This document shows positions 9,070 to 16,701 of a stretch of 64,000 nt of DNA, one piece after another. The notes under the pieces were generated by a model. That model was not told the DNA's origin, did not search any database, and saw only the letters and a program-made list of their open reading frames with translations. The stretch comes from a virus (taxonomy: Duplodnaviria > Caudoviricetes). Location of the stretch: positions 1,435-65,434 of IMG/VR virus record IMGVR_UViG_3300025939_000002. One strand, 5' to 3'. Position 1 is the stretch's first letter. The number at the start of each line of letters is the position of its first letter. Position numbers and translations under genes: made by a program.

Positions 9070-10685
9070 CGTCGACCCCCGCCGACGGCGACCCCCTCCC
9101 CTTCTCCGCGCTCGGCCTCGAGCGCCCGCTCGAGGATCTCGCGCACATGGTCGAGCCGCCCGCGGTCGAGCGCCGCGAGCGCCTGCCGCAGGGCCAAGGT
9201 TGCCAAGGTTGCCATCGGCGCCGCCGGGCCGCCGGTGGCGGCGTCTGCCGCCTCAGCACCCGGTTCGAAGTGGCGCCGTTCCGCGGTTTGTCCGTCGCTG
9301 TCGCCGCCGATCAGCGGCTGACGAGCGTCCGCCGGATTTTCGATTCCCGGTGGGGTCACCGCGTAAGTCATTGACGCCAATTGAGGATTTTCGGCATGGC
9401 AACCCAATGGCAACCCTGCAACGCGTGAAATCGCGGGGTTAGCCGGGCTCGCCGGCGGCGCTGCCGGCGTCGGCACCGGCGCCAGCGGTGGCGCGAGCTT
9501 CAGCTTGCCGACCTCGGCGCAGAGGGCGGGCCAGAGCACCTCGGTCTCCGTGTAGATGTCCATGATGTCTCCCTCCGGTCCGTGCGTCACCAGATGCAGC
9601 AGGTCCTTGTCGGCGCCGTCGGCGCGGCAGAGCGTGATGAACGTCCGGCGAGCGTCGTGCTGGCGACGGTTCCGTAGCCCGAGGCGCTCGAGGTCGCCCG
9701 GCACCGCGGCGCGGGCCTTCCGATTCCGCTCGGGCTCGGCGGTCCGGGCCGGCCGACCGTTGAGGGCCTGCCACATCGTCGAGCGGCTCCGGTAGGTGTT
9801 GCGCCGGCTCGGGATCAGGATGTCGCCCTTGCGCCAGGGCCGCCCCATGAGCTGCTCCCAGCCGGTCGCCAGCCACTCGTCGAGGATCGACTTGAGCCAG
9901 GGATGGACCGGCACCAGGCGGGGGTTGTCCGTCTTCGTCGGTCCGATGGTCCCCTCGTCGCTATCGTAGGAGCGCTCGACCGCGAGCTGGGCGAGCGGCA
10001 GCATCTCGGGCTGGTAGTCGTCGACGAGCAGCGCCGAGATCTCTCCGAAGCGGCACCCGGCGAGGAACAGCGCCGAGTAGAACACCCGGCGGTCGTAGGG
10101 GACGAGCGGCGAGGTCAAGAGGAGCACCACCTCCGCGCGCGTGAACTGCGCCTTACGCCGCCAGCCGGGGACCGCGTCCTTTTTTTGCGGCATGTCCTCC
10201 TCGGCAATCTTCCCGCAGGGGTTCGTGTCGAGTAGGCCCCGACGGATGGCCGCGCGGAAAATCGGGTTGAGCGTGTAGAAGACGTGGCGCTGGGTCCGCG
10301 GGGCGAGCCGGCCCGCGCCCCGAAGAATCGCGGCGACGTCGTCACCGGTCACGGCGTCGAGGCGCTTCGCTCCGATGAGCGGCAGGATGTAGTCGCGCAA
10401 GCGCTGCTCGTAGGTGCCCGCGATCTTCTTGCCCTGCTTCGTCGCGAGCCACTGCTTCGCCCAGCGGGCGAACGTCATCGGCCCGGTCTCGTCGTCGCCC
10501 TCGAGCGTGGCGGCCGCCTCGCGCCGGCGGGTGAACTCGGCGAGGATCCGCTTGGCCTTGCCCTCCTCCTCCGGCCCCCGGCAGCTCGTCGCCTTCTGTT
10601 TCTTGCCGCCGCCGGGCCCCGGGTAGACGATCGTCCAGACGCGCCCGCGGCGCAGGAAGAGGAAGGGCTTGAAGGGCTCGGCCAC
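9066..10685 (-). CDS. int: tyrosine recombinase/integrase with a long C-terminal extension that contains attP
   Basis: Catalytic set GCRFGE (R), HDARR (HxxR), VTHG (H), DIYT (Y); arm-binding and core-binding N-terminal domains. Confidence 0.93.
   Translation of the reverse strand: MAEPFKPFLFLRRGRVWTIVYPGPGGGKKQKATSCRGPEEEGKAKRILAEFTRRREAAATLEGDDETGPMTFARWAKQWLATKQGKKIAGTYEQRLRDYILPLIGAKRLDAVTGDDVAAILRGAGRLAPRTQRHVFYTLNPIFRAAIRRGLLDTNPCGKIAEEDMPQKKDAVPGWRRKAQFTRAEVVLLLTSPLVPYDRRVFYSALFLAGCRFGEISALLVDDYQPEMLPLAQLAVERSYDSDEGTIGPTKTDNPRLVPVHPWLKSILDEWLATGWEQLMGRPWRKGDILIPSRRNTYRSRSTMWQALNGRPARTAEPERNRKARAAVPGDLERLGLRNRRQHDARRTFITLCRADGADKDLLHLVTHGPEGDIMDIYTETEVLWPALCAEVGKLKLAPPLAPVPTPAAPPASPANPAISRVAGLPLGCHAENPQLASMTYAVTPPGIENPADARQPLIGGDSDGQTAERRHFEPGAEAADAATGGPAAPMATLATLALRQALAALDRGRLDHVREILERALEAERGEGEGVAVGGGRR
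9198..9215 (-). repeat. attP arm-type integrase sites (two TGGCAACC, minus orientation)
   Basis: GGTTGCCA at 9198-9205 and GGTTGCCAT at 9207-9215. Confidence 0.75.
9339..9360 (+). other. attP core: tRNA 3-prime end TTCGATTCCCGGTGGGGTCACC (probably tRNA-Glu-like)
   Basis: T-loop TTCGATT, T-stem CCCGG, acceptor strand TGGGGTC, discriminator A, CC; no 5-prime tRNA half present. Confidence 0.85.
9396..9416 (+). repeat. attP arm-type integrase sites (two ATGGCAACCC)
   Basis: Direct repeats at 9396-9405 and 9407-9416, inverted relative to the pair at 9198-9215. Confidence 0.75.
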
Positions 10686-10696
10686 CGGTCACCTCC

Positions 10697-11125
10697 CTAT
10701 TCGTCGTCGTTGAGCAGCCGATCGACCTCGGCAGCGATGTCGTCGTCGTCGTCGTTCGCTGGCCCCGGTCCCGGTGACACGCCGCCAGCGGCCAGGGACG
10801 AGCCGCTCGGCGGCCCCTTGCGGCTGCGAGCCCCCTTCGCCATCTCGGCCATCCACCGGTCGAGCTCCGACCGGGCGATGCGGTTGCCGTGGAGCCCCGA
10901 CGTCGTCAGCGTGCCCATCGCGATGTGCCGGGTGAGCGTCCGCTTGTGGTACTTCGCGATCGCCGCCGCGTCGCGGAGCGTGAGGTAGTCCTCACCGTCC
11001 GCGGCCCGCGGCGGCATCCTCATGGCCTCGAGCGCCTTGGGCAGCGCCTTCGGGAGCTGGTCGGCGAGCGCTGCGCGCACAGCGCCCTCCACGATCGAGC
11101 CGAGCTGGGATTCGAGGGAGCCCAT
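10697..11125 (-). CDS. xis: excisionase-like HTH (HTH_17/MerR-like) protein
   Basis: YLTLRDAAAIAKYHKRTLTRHI...RIARSELDRW; immediately upstream of int. Confidence 0.7.
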   Translation of the reverse strand: MGSLESQLGSIVEGAVRAALADQLPKALPKALEAMRMPPRAADGEDYLTLRDAAAIAKYHKRTLTRHIAMGTLTTSGLHGNRIARSELDRWMAEMAKGARSRKGPPSGSSLAAGGVSPGPGPANDDDDDIAAEVDRLLNDDE

Positions 11126-11190
11126 CACGTCCCCTTCTCCGCGTCGTCGAACATCGACATGCCTTCGTCCCTCTCGTTGGCTTGGTCCAC
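11125..11190 (-). CDS. 21-aa leader peptide coupled to xis
   Basis: GGAGGAGG RBS, GTG at 11190, TGATG overlap with the xis ATG. Confidence 0.35.
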   Translation of the reverse strand: MDQANERDEGMSMFDDAEKGT

Positions 11191-11306
11191 GCGCTCCTCC
11201 TCCGGCGAAGGATCGCACCGACACACCGCCCCTGCCCAACTCCGCCCGCGGTTGCTCGCCTCTGTCACCGCTTGCCAGGAGGCTCGCAATGTCTGCGCGC
11301 GACTGC

Positions 11307-11336
11307 ACGGTAACCTTTAGGAGACAGCCCTGACAA
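11307..11336 (-). promoter_or_regulatory. sigma70-type promoter for xis-int (TTGTCA-N18-TACCGT)
   Basis: Hexamers read directly; same 18-bp spacing as other promoters in the window. Confidence 0.6.
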
Positions 11337-11419
11337 GGCAGAAAAGCTCGACGTCGTCCACTTTTCATCGATCGCGATCGACAGCGTAGCGCGCGCTACG
11401 TGAGTTCATCGCGACGGCT

Positions 11420-11436
11420 TACGGATTCCTTCCGTA
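11420..11436. promoter_or_regulatory. operator TACGG-N7-CCGTA (copy 1; extends to CTTACGGA/TCCGTAAG at 11418-11438)
   Basis: Inverted repeat also found at 11899-11915. Confidence 0.6.
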
Positions 11437-11535
11437 AGGCTTCCGGCAGACGCCTGAGGCGTCCTCCATGCGACGGGAGCGTGCCCCGCGCCGGTTACAC
11501 CCCGGTTAGACCGCATGTGACTACTGAACACGCGT

Positions 11536-11796
11536 TCACTTTTTCTCGTCCTTCGGCGGACGGCCCCGAATGGGCATCCGGCGCTCGATCCACGACAGCC
11601 GGCCCTCGAGCTTTTTCTGCTCTTCCGCAAGCGCGTCGAGCCGCTCCTCGAGCGCCTGGATCTCCTCGTCGGTGTGGGCGCCGTCCTTCTCCCGGGCCTC
11701 ACTTTCCGTCCGCACTTCACGGCGAATCCGCTCTTCCAGGTGAACCAGCCGTGCCTCGATCTTCCGCCGCCATTGCGGTGGTACTGCTCTCGCCAT
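11536..11796 (-). CDS. small coiled-coil protein, divergent from RHH regulator 1
   Basis: 86-aa charged coiled coil. Confidence 0.6.
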   Translation of the reverse strand: MARAVPPQWRRKIEARLVHLEERIRREVRTESEAREKDGAHTDEEIQALEERLDALAEEQKKLEGRLSWIERRMPIRGRPPKDEKK

Positions 11797-11866
11797 GCGC
11801 TTCCCGATGCCGATGCTAACCGTCGGAGATTGGCGTTGACGCCGCGGGGGTGCCTCCGTGATTCTT

Positions 11867-11915
11867 TACGGCAGCCATCCGGCACAATTCCTACACTGTA
11901 CGGCACGTATCCGTA
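11867..11915. promoter_or_regulatory. operators TACGG-N7-CCGGC (11867-11883) and TACGG-N7-CCGTA (11899-11915)
   Basis: Same half-sites and spacer as 11420-11436, in an AT-richer divergent intergenic region. Confidence 0.6.
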
Positions 11916-11934
11916 AGGAATACAACAATTTCGC

Positions 11935-12261
11935 ATGGCAAAAAAACCGGCTTACCATCGCGGGGGAATGCCGCGCCCGCCCACCCGAGGTCGAACCGCT
12001 CGAGTCGAGTTCCGCACGAAGCCCGAATTCAAAGCGCTCTGGGAGGGCCTGGTGGACCGCGACGACATGGAGGATTTCACCGACTGGCTGAACGACGCTG
12101 CGAACGAGCGGGCTTGCCGGATCCTCGAGAAGAGAGAGCCCGGGTCCTGGGCGGCCAAGGGGTTCGCCATCCGGCGGCCTTCCGGCAAGGTGCCGGGTCG
12201 GGGCCAGCCGTCGCAGCCGTCGCCGCCAAGAAAGAAGCGGCCCAAGCGCCGCAAGCGGTGA
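11935..12261 (+). CDS. ribbon-helix-helix regulator 1 (DUF1778/Arc-like)
   Basis: TARVEFRTKPEFKALW...FTDWLNDAANERA beta-alpha-alpha pattern. Confidence 0.6.
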   Translation: MAKKPAYHRGGMPRPPTRGRTARVEFRTKPEFKALWEGLVDRDDMEDFTDWLNDAANERACRILEKREPGSWAAKGFAIRRPSGKVPGRGQPSQPSPPRKKRPKRRKR

Positions 12262-12299
12262 TCTTGGGCGGCTGATCCCGGGCGGCGACCATCGCCGCC

Positions 12300-12626
12300 A
12301 TGAGCGCTCGCATCGCCTGTGTGGCGTTTTTGCTCCTGGCCGCCTGCCCCCACCCCCTGCCCAACCCCGGCCAGGTGGTCCTCACCTGCGGGATGGCCGA
12401 GGCGAGCGATCCGAAGGTCGTCCAGGCGGTGCTCGACGCCCTCGCGGCGCCGGACTTCCGTGGCAAGCTGGCGGCCCTCGTCGGCGCCCTGCCGGGGGTG
12501 ACCGCCGAGGTCATCGCCTGCGTCCTCGAGAGCTACCTCGGCCGGCCCGCCGCCACCCCTGAGGACAACGGCCGGCACGAGCGAGCCCGCACCTACCTGC
12601 GTGAGCACCACTACGAGGCCCCCTGA
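12300..12626 (+). CDS. lipoprotein
   Basis: Signal peptide with lipobox LLAA-C. Confidence 0.7.
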   Translation: MSARIACVAFLLLAACPHPLPNPGQVVLTCGMAEASDPKVVQAVLDALAAPDFRGKLAALVGALPGVTAEVIACVLESYLGRPAATPEDNGRHERARTYLREHHYEAP

Positions 12627-13405
12627 TGGGCCGCGCTTTCGGCTGGTTGAAGGACCCGGCGAAGCAGCCGGGCGAACCCCCCGACCACGACGCCCGGACC
12701 ATCCTGGCCTCCACGCCGATCCCCCGAGCGGCGTCGAACCGACGGCTGATCGTCGACGTCCTCGACCAGGGCCAGCTCGAGAGCTGCGTCGCCAACGCCA
12801 TCATGCAGGCGATCCGGGCGACGCACGTCCGCGACGGGGTGACCGCCCCGCGGCTCGGCAGCCGCCTCTACGGCTACTGGTGCTCGAGGGCCTTTCACGG
12901 CTCGACCCGCGTCGACAGCGGGACCTACCTGCGCACGTTCTTCCAGGCGCTGAACAAATTCGGGTTCTGCCCGGAGGAGCGCTGGCCCTACGACGCCGGC
13001 CGGTTCGCCGACATGCCGCCGAACGCGGCCTTCCGATCCGCTTTCGACCAGCACTCGCCGACCAGCTACAAACGGATCACCTCGGGGGGCGTCGACCGGA
13101 TCGCTGACCTCAAGCGGGCGATCGCCGCCGGGTACCTCGTCACCTTCGGGACGCTGGTCACCGAGGCGTTCGTCCAGGGGGATCTCGGCACGGAGCCCCT
13201 CGCCCCGCCCCCGCAGCAGGACCACATCGCCGGCGGTCACGCCCTGTGCGCCGTCGGCTACGACGGCGATGTCTTCGAGGTGGTGAACTCGTGGGGGACC
13301 GGCTGGGGTGACAACGGTCTCTGCTACATGGCGAGGGAGTACTTCATGTGGGGCTACACCGACGACGTCTGGGTGGTGGCCGAGGCGCCGAGGTACAGCG
13401 AATGA
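12626..13405 (+). CDS. C1 (papain-like) cysteine peptidase
   Basis: DQGQLESCVANA (Gln, catalytic Cys); GGHA (His); VNSWGTGWGDNG (Asn). Confidence 0.92.
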   Translation: MGRAFGWLKDPAKQPGEPPDHDARTILASTPIPRAASNRRLIVDVLDQGQLESCVANAIMQAIRATHVRDGVTAPRLGSRLYGYWCSRAFHGSTRVDSGTYLRTFFQALNKFGFCPEERWPYDAGRFADMPPNAAFRSAFDQHSPTSYKRITSGGVDRIADLKRAIAAGYLVTFGTLVTEAFVQGDLGTEPLAPPPQQDHIAGGHALCAVGYDGDVFEVVNSWGTGWGDNGLCYMAREYFMWGYTDDVWVVAEAPRYSE

Positions 13406-13680
13406 AACGAGCGCTGCTCCTGGGGGCCCTGCTGGTCTGTGCCGCCTGCCCGCCGCCGCCCAAGCCCCCCGAGCCGCCGCCGGGCGCACCGACGTGCGCG
13501 GACTACTGCCACCACGTCGCCGAGCTCGGGTGCGAGGCGGCCAGGCCCACCGCCAAGGGCGCGAGCTGCGTCGACGTCTGCGCCAACGTCCAGAGCTCGG
13601 GCGCGGTGGCCTGGGACCTCGGCTGCCGGACGAAGGCGGTGACGTGCGACGAGGTCGACCGCTGCGAAGCGGGTCGCTGA
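13402..13680 (+). CDS. Cys-rich lipoprotein
   Basis: MKRALLLGALLVCAA-C lipobox; eight further Cys downstream; ATGA overlap. Confidence 0.7.
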   Translation: MKRALLLGALLVCAACPPPPKPPEPPPGAPTCADYCHHVAELGCEAARPTAKGASCVDVCANVQSSGAVAWDLGCRTKAVTCDEVDRCEAGR

Positions 13681-14063
13681 CCCGCTCGGCGCCCCTCAAA
13701 CGGCTCACGCCCCTGGCGGCGACGGGGCGGCTGCCACCGAGACGGATCAGGCCCCGGCGCGGCCCGCAGCGGGTGCCCGCGTACCTCGCCTTCGTCCGTG
13801 GCCTGCCCTGCTCGGCGCCGGGGGCGCCGGCCGGCTGCCGCGGGCGGGTGGAGGCGCACCACGCGGGCGTCCGGGGCCTCGGCCAGCGGGCGGCCGACGT
13901 CACAGCGATCCCGCTCTGCGGCGGGCACCACGGCGCCTGGCACGACGGCCGGGGCCCGTTCCGGGGGTGGGATCGCGCGGCCCGACGGGCGTGGGCGGAC
14001 GCGGCCATCGCCGACACGCAGGGGCGCTGGTCCCGGCGAGGAGATCCGCCGCCAGGGCGATGA
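13677..14063 (+). CDS. DUF968-like His/Cys zinc-binding (HNH-related) protein
   Basis: YLAFVRGLPC...VEAHH...GLGQR...AIPLCGGHH...H; start uncertain (CTG 13677 or GTG 13773). Confidence 0.7.
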   Translation: MTRSAPLKRLTPLAATGRLPPRRIRPRRGPQRVPAYLAFVRGLPCSAPGAPAGCRGRVEAHHAGVRGLGQRAADVTAIPLCGGHHGAWHDGRGPFRGWDRAARRAWADAAIADTQGRWSRRGDPPPGR

Positions 14064-14207
14064 GGCCGGCTCCGGTGTCGACCTGACCCGCGGCCTGGCA
14101 GAGGGCCGCGACGGCGAGGAGGTGCCCGGCGGTGTCGCGGGGGGTGGGCAGCATGTGGGGGTATCGGCGCGGCGCCCCCGAGAGTTGCGTGGCAGACCGA
14201 TTATGCC

Positions 14208-14235
14208 TTGACGGAATATGCTGCCGTGGCATACT
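14208..14235 (+). promoter_or_regulatory. TA promoter TTGACG-N16-CATACT with overlapping operator TATGC-N7-GCATA (14217-14233)
   Basis: Read directly; predicted TSS falls at about the ATG at 14242. Confidence 0.6.
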
Positions 14236-14241
14236 GATTCC

Positions 14242-14583
14242 ATGGTCGAGGTGGTCGGCACCGACGAGTTCGAAGCCTGGTACGGCGGGCTGAACGAGAA
14301 GGAGATGGACGAAGTCGACCACCTCGTCGGGCTGCTCGAGCAGCAGGGCGTCACGCTGCGGTTCCCCTACTCGTCGGCCCTGGCGGGGACGAAGTCGGCG
14401 CTGCGCGAGTTGCGGGGAACGGCGGGCAAGGCCGAGCTGCGCATCGTTTACGCCTTCGACCCCCGGCGGAACGCGGTGCTCATCATCGGCGGCGACAAGA
14501 GCGGCGACAAGCGGTTCTACGAGCGGATCCTCGCCCAGGCGGAGGCCATCTGGGCGCAGTACCTCAGCGAGCAGGGCTTCTAG
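14242..14583 (+). CDS. higB: type II toxin, RelE/HigB (Gp49-like)
   Basis: EFEAWY...FPYSSAL...LRELR...RIVYAFDPRRNAVLIIGGDK. Confidence 0.88.
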   Translation: MVEVVGTDEFEAWYGGLNEKEMDEVDHLVGLLEQQGVTLRFPYSSALAGTKSALRELRGTAGKAELRIVYAFDPRRNAVLIIGGDKSGDKRFYERILAQAEAIWAQYLSEQGF

Positions 14584-14596
14584 AAAGGACGGACAC

Positions 14597-14905
14597 ATGG
14601 CGATTCACAAGTGGCGAGACATCCAGGCCCGGCACCGGACCCCCGAGCAGATCGCGCGCACCGAAGAGCGCGTTCGACAGACGCTGGTGGAAATGGACCT
14701 CCGCGAGCTGCGCGAGCTGGCCGGCATGACCCAGGTCGAGCTCGCCGAGAAGATCGAGGTCAACCAGGCGACGGTGTCGAAGCTCGAGCGCGAGCTGTTC
14801 GAGATCCGGATCGCGACCCTGAAGAAGGCGGTCGAGGCCATGGGGGGCGAGCTCGAGGTCACGGCGGTCATCAAGGGCAAGCGGGTTCGGCTGGCGGTGG
14901 CGTGA
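14597..14905 (+). CDS. higA: XRE-HTH antitoxin, HigA-like
   Basis: LRELRELAGMTQVELAEKIEVNQATVSKLE; follows the toxin. Confidence 0.88.
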   Translation: MAIHKWRDIQARHRTPEQIARTEERVRQTLVEMDLRELRELAGMTQVELAEKIEVNQATVSKLERELFEIRIATLKKAVEAMGGELEVTAVIKGKRVRLAVA

Positions 14906-15102
14906 TGGCCAGCAGGAAGCCGCGAAAGCCGCGGGTCGAACCGCGGCGGGTCGACCCCGGCTCGGTCATCCTGGAGGGCTCGAGGGAGTTCTGGGAGGAG
15001 ATCGAGCGGCGCCGGGCCGCGAAGGGCCCGCGGCGAACCGTCGAGCAGGTGCGGGCAGACCTCAGCGTGCCGAGCCGGGGCCGCGCGAAGAAGGCGGGGT
15101 AG
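14905..15102 (+). CDS. small basic protein, third gene of the TA operon
   Basis: TGATG coupling to higA; SREFWEEIERRR...TVEQVRADL. Confidence 0.55.
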   Translation: MASRKPRKPRVEPRRVDPGSVILEGSREFWEEIERRRAAKGPRRTVEQVRADLSVPSRGRAKKAG

Positions 15103-15430
15103 GCTGCTCTCGCCGTCGTTTCCCCACCCGCGACTTGAGGCGCACCGTCTCGACGATCCCGCTCGCCTGCTCGCCCCGCAGCCAGGCGTACAGACCCCGC
15201 TGCGCGACCTCGGCGCGGCTCCGGCCGTAAAGACCCGTCGCCAGCAAGTCGTCGAGGAGGTTCGAGACCGCGGGCGCGACGGTGATGGCCAGGCGGATGC
15301 CCCGGCGGTAGGCCGGCGTGGTGCCGGCTCGCTTGCGGCGACGGCGCCGGCCGTCGCCGTTCACGTTGGCCGGGGCCACGAGCGGAGAGGCGATCGCCCT
15401 TTTCCACCGGCGCTCCTTCGGGGTCTTCAC
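15062..15430 (-). CDS. ribbon-helix-helix (CopG/MetJ-like) protein
   Basis: IRLAITVAPAVSNLLDDLLATGLYGRSRAEVAQRGL. Confidence 0.6.
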   Translation of the reverse strand: MKTPKERRWKRAIASPLVAPANVNGDGRRRRRKRAGTTPAYRRGIRLAITVAPAVSNLLDDLLATGLYGRSRAEVAQRGLYAWLRGEQASGIVETVRLKSRVGKRRREQPTPPSSRGPGSAR

Positions 15431-15660
15431 TCGTGGACCCGGTGGGCGCGCATGCGCTCAAGCGCCTCGATCGCCTCGATCGCGGCATCGCGGGCGAGCT
15501 TCCTGGGGTCGCTCTTGGCGATCAGCATGATGGCCTTACCCGCCCAGATGAGGGCCGCCGCCTTGCCGTCGACCGTGGGCACGAGGAGCGCCTCGGCCGC
15601 GCGGACAAGCGCCGCGAGCGCCGCCTTCTCGCAACGCTCACGCGCCTGCCACCCGCTCAT
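15427..15660 (-). CDS. hypothetical protein
   Basis: Overlaps both neighbours (ATGA at 15657-15660, GTGA at 15427-15430). Confidence 0.5.
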   Translation of the reverse strand: MSGWQARERCEKAALAALVRAAEALLVPTVDGKAAALIWAGKAIMLIAKSDPRKLARDAAIEAIEALERMRAHRVHE

Positions 15661-16319
15661 CGCCGCACCCGCCGGAACGTCAACGCCCAGACCCAAGGGT
15701 TTGCCTCCCAAGACCCGGCGCCGTTGATCTGGTCCCACAGCCGGGCGTAGTTCTCGACGGACGTGCGGTTGTCCCACTCGTGGCCGGGCTCCTTCGTCAT
15801 GTCGTAAAGCCCGGCAGCGTGCGCTTCGCCCGCCGTCTGCGGGATCCCTTCCGCCATCGCGTCGGCGATGGTGATGTCCTGCAGCCGCTGGACGCGGACG
15901 TCGGTGATCTCGAGGTCGATGCGCGAGGCCCACCTGGGCATGTGGATCGACGACCGGAGCCGGCCGATGCCGCCGCCGCACCCCGATGGCGTCTCCCCGT
16001 TGCCGGTGGCCTCGTGCCAAGCGCCGGACTTCAAGTAGTCCTGCGACGGCGGCTTGTGGTCCTGATCGGCGCGCAGCCGGAAGGCCTCCTTCACCCACAG
16101 CCGGTCGCCCGGCTCGCCGTAGGGGCAGAACGGCAACGGGTGAAACGACGTCCCCCCGTCGTGGTCGCGCACGAGCGCGAAGCCGTTGTAGCTCCAGTCG
16201 TCGTCGCCGGAGGGCAATACGAACTTCCCCGGCTTCAACACCCGCCGGGTCTGGATCTTTCGGCCGTCGAGGATGGCCCTGACCATCGGCGCCGAGAAGA
16301 GGATCGGCCGCTCCTTCAC
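15657..16319 (-). CDS. ASCH/PUA-like phage protein
   Basis: MKERPILFSAPMVRAILDGRKxQTRR...GDRLWVKE...SIHMPRWASRI...VQRLQDIT. Confidence 0.8.
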   Translation of the reverse strand: MKERPILFSAPMVRAILDGRKIQTRRVLKPGKFVLPSGDDDWSYNGFALVRDHDGGTSFHPLPFCPYGEPGDRLWVKEAFRLRADQDHKPPSQDYLKSGAWHEATGNGETPSGCGGGIGRLRSSIHMPRWASRIDLEITDVRVQRLQDITIADAMAEGIPQTAGEAHAAGLYDMTKEPGHEWDNRTSVENYARLWDQINGAGSWEANPWVWALTFRRVRR

Positions 16320-16540
16320 CGCGGCGGCTCCTCGACCGTGCGGAGGTCAATGACGAGGTGGGCGCCGAGCGCTCGCGCAACCTTGGCCAGGGTGTCGACA
16401 CCTGGGTTGGCATCGTCGCGCTCGAGCTTCGCGACCGCCTGCTGGCTCCACCCGAGGGCCGCCCCGAGCTGGACCTGCGTCCACCCCCGCGCCAGGCGCA
16501 GCCGGCGAATCTCGGCGGCGACGAGTCCGCCCGCGGTCAC
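16316..16540 (-). CDS. XRE-family HTH protein
   Basis: IRRLRLARGWTQVQLGAALGWSQQAVAKLE; no S24 peptidase domain. Confidence 0.8.
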   Translation of the reverse strand: MTAGGLVAAEIRRLRLARGWTQVQLGAALGWSQQAVAKLERDDANPGVDTLAKVARALGAHLVIDLRTVEEPPR

Positions 16541-16701
16541 GACCGCCTCCGATCGTCCCGCCACAGCTCGAAGGCGCACCACAGCCCGGCGGCGAGGCTC
16601 GCCAGGGCGACCGGGATGTGGCCGGCGAACATCCACGCCACGGCCCCCAGCGAGCCCGCGGCGCTGGCGACGGCAAAGGCCATGCGCTCCCGGGGGGTCA
16701 T
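16537..16701 (-). CDS. small 2-TM membrane protein
   Basis: Two hydrophobic stretches; coupled to neighbours. Confidence 0.5.
   Translation of the reverse strand: MTPRERMAFAVASAAGSLGAVAWMFAGHIPVALASLAAGLWCAFELWRDDRRRS

Noticed and set aside
9300-9365. Complete tRNA gene
   Set aside because: Only the T-loop to CC end is present; the upstream bases (GGATT) cannot form the T-stem, and there is no D or anticodon arm. Treated as attP core.
16316-16540. XRE protein as the CI master repressor
   Set aside because: It is short, lacks a C-terminal domain and is embedded in a coupled early operon, not at a divergent switch.
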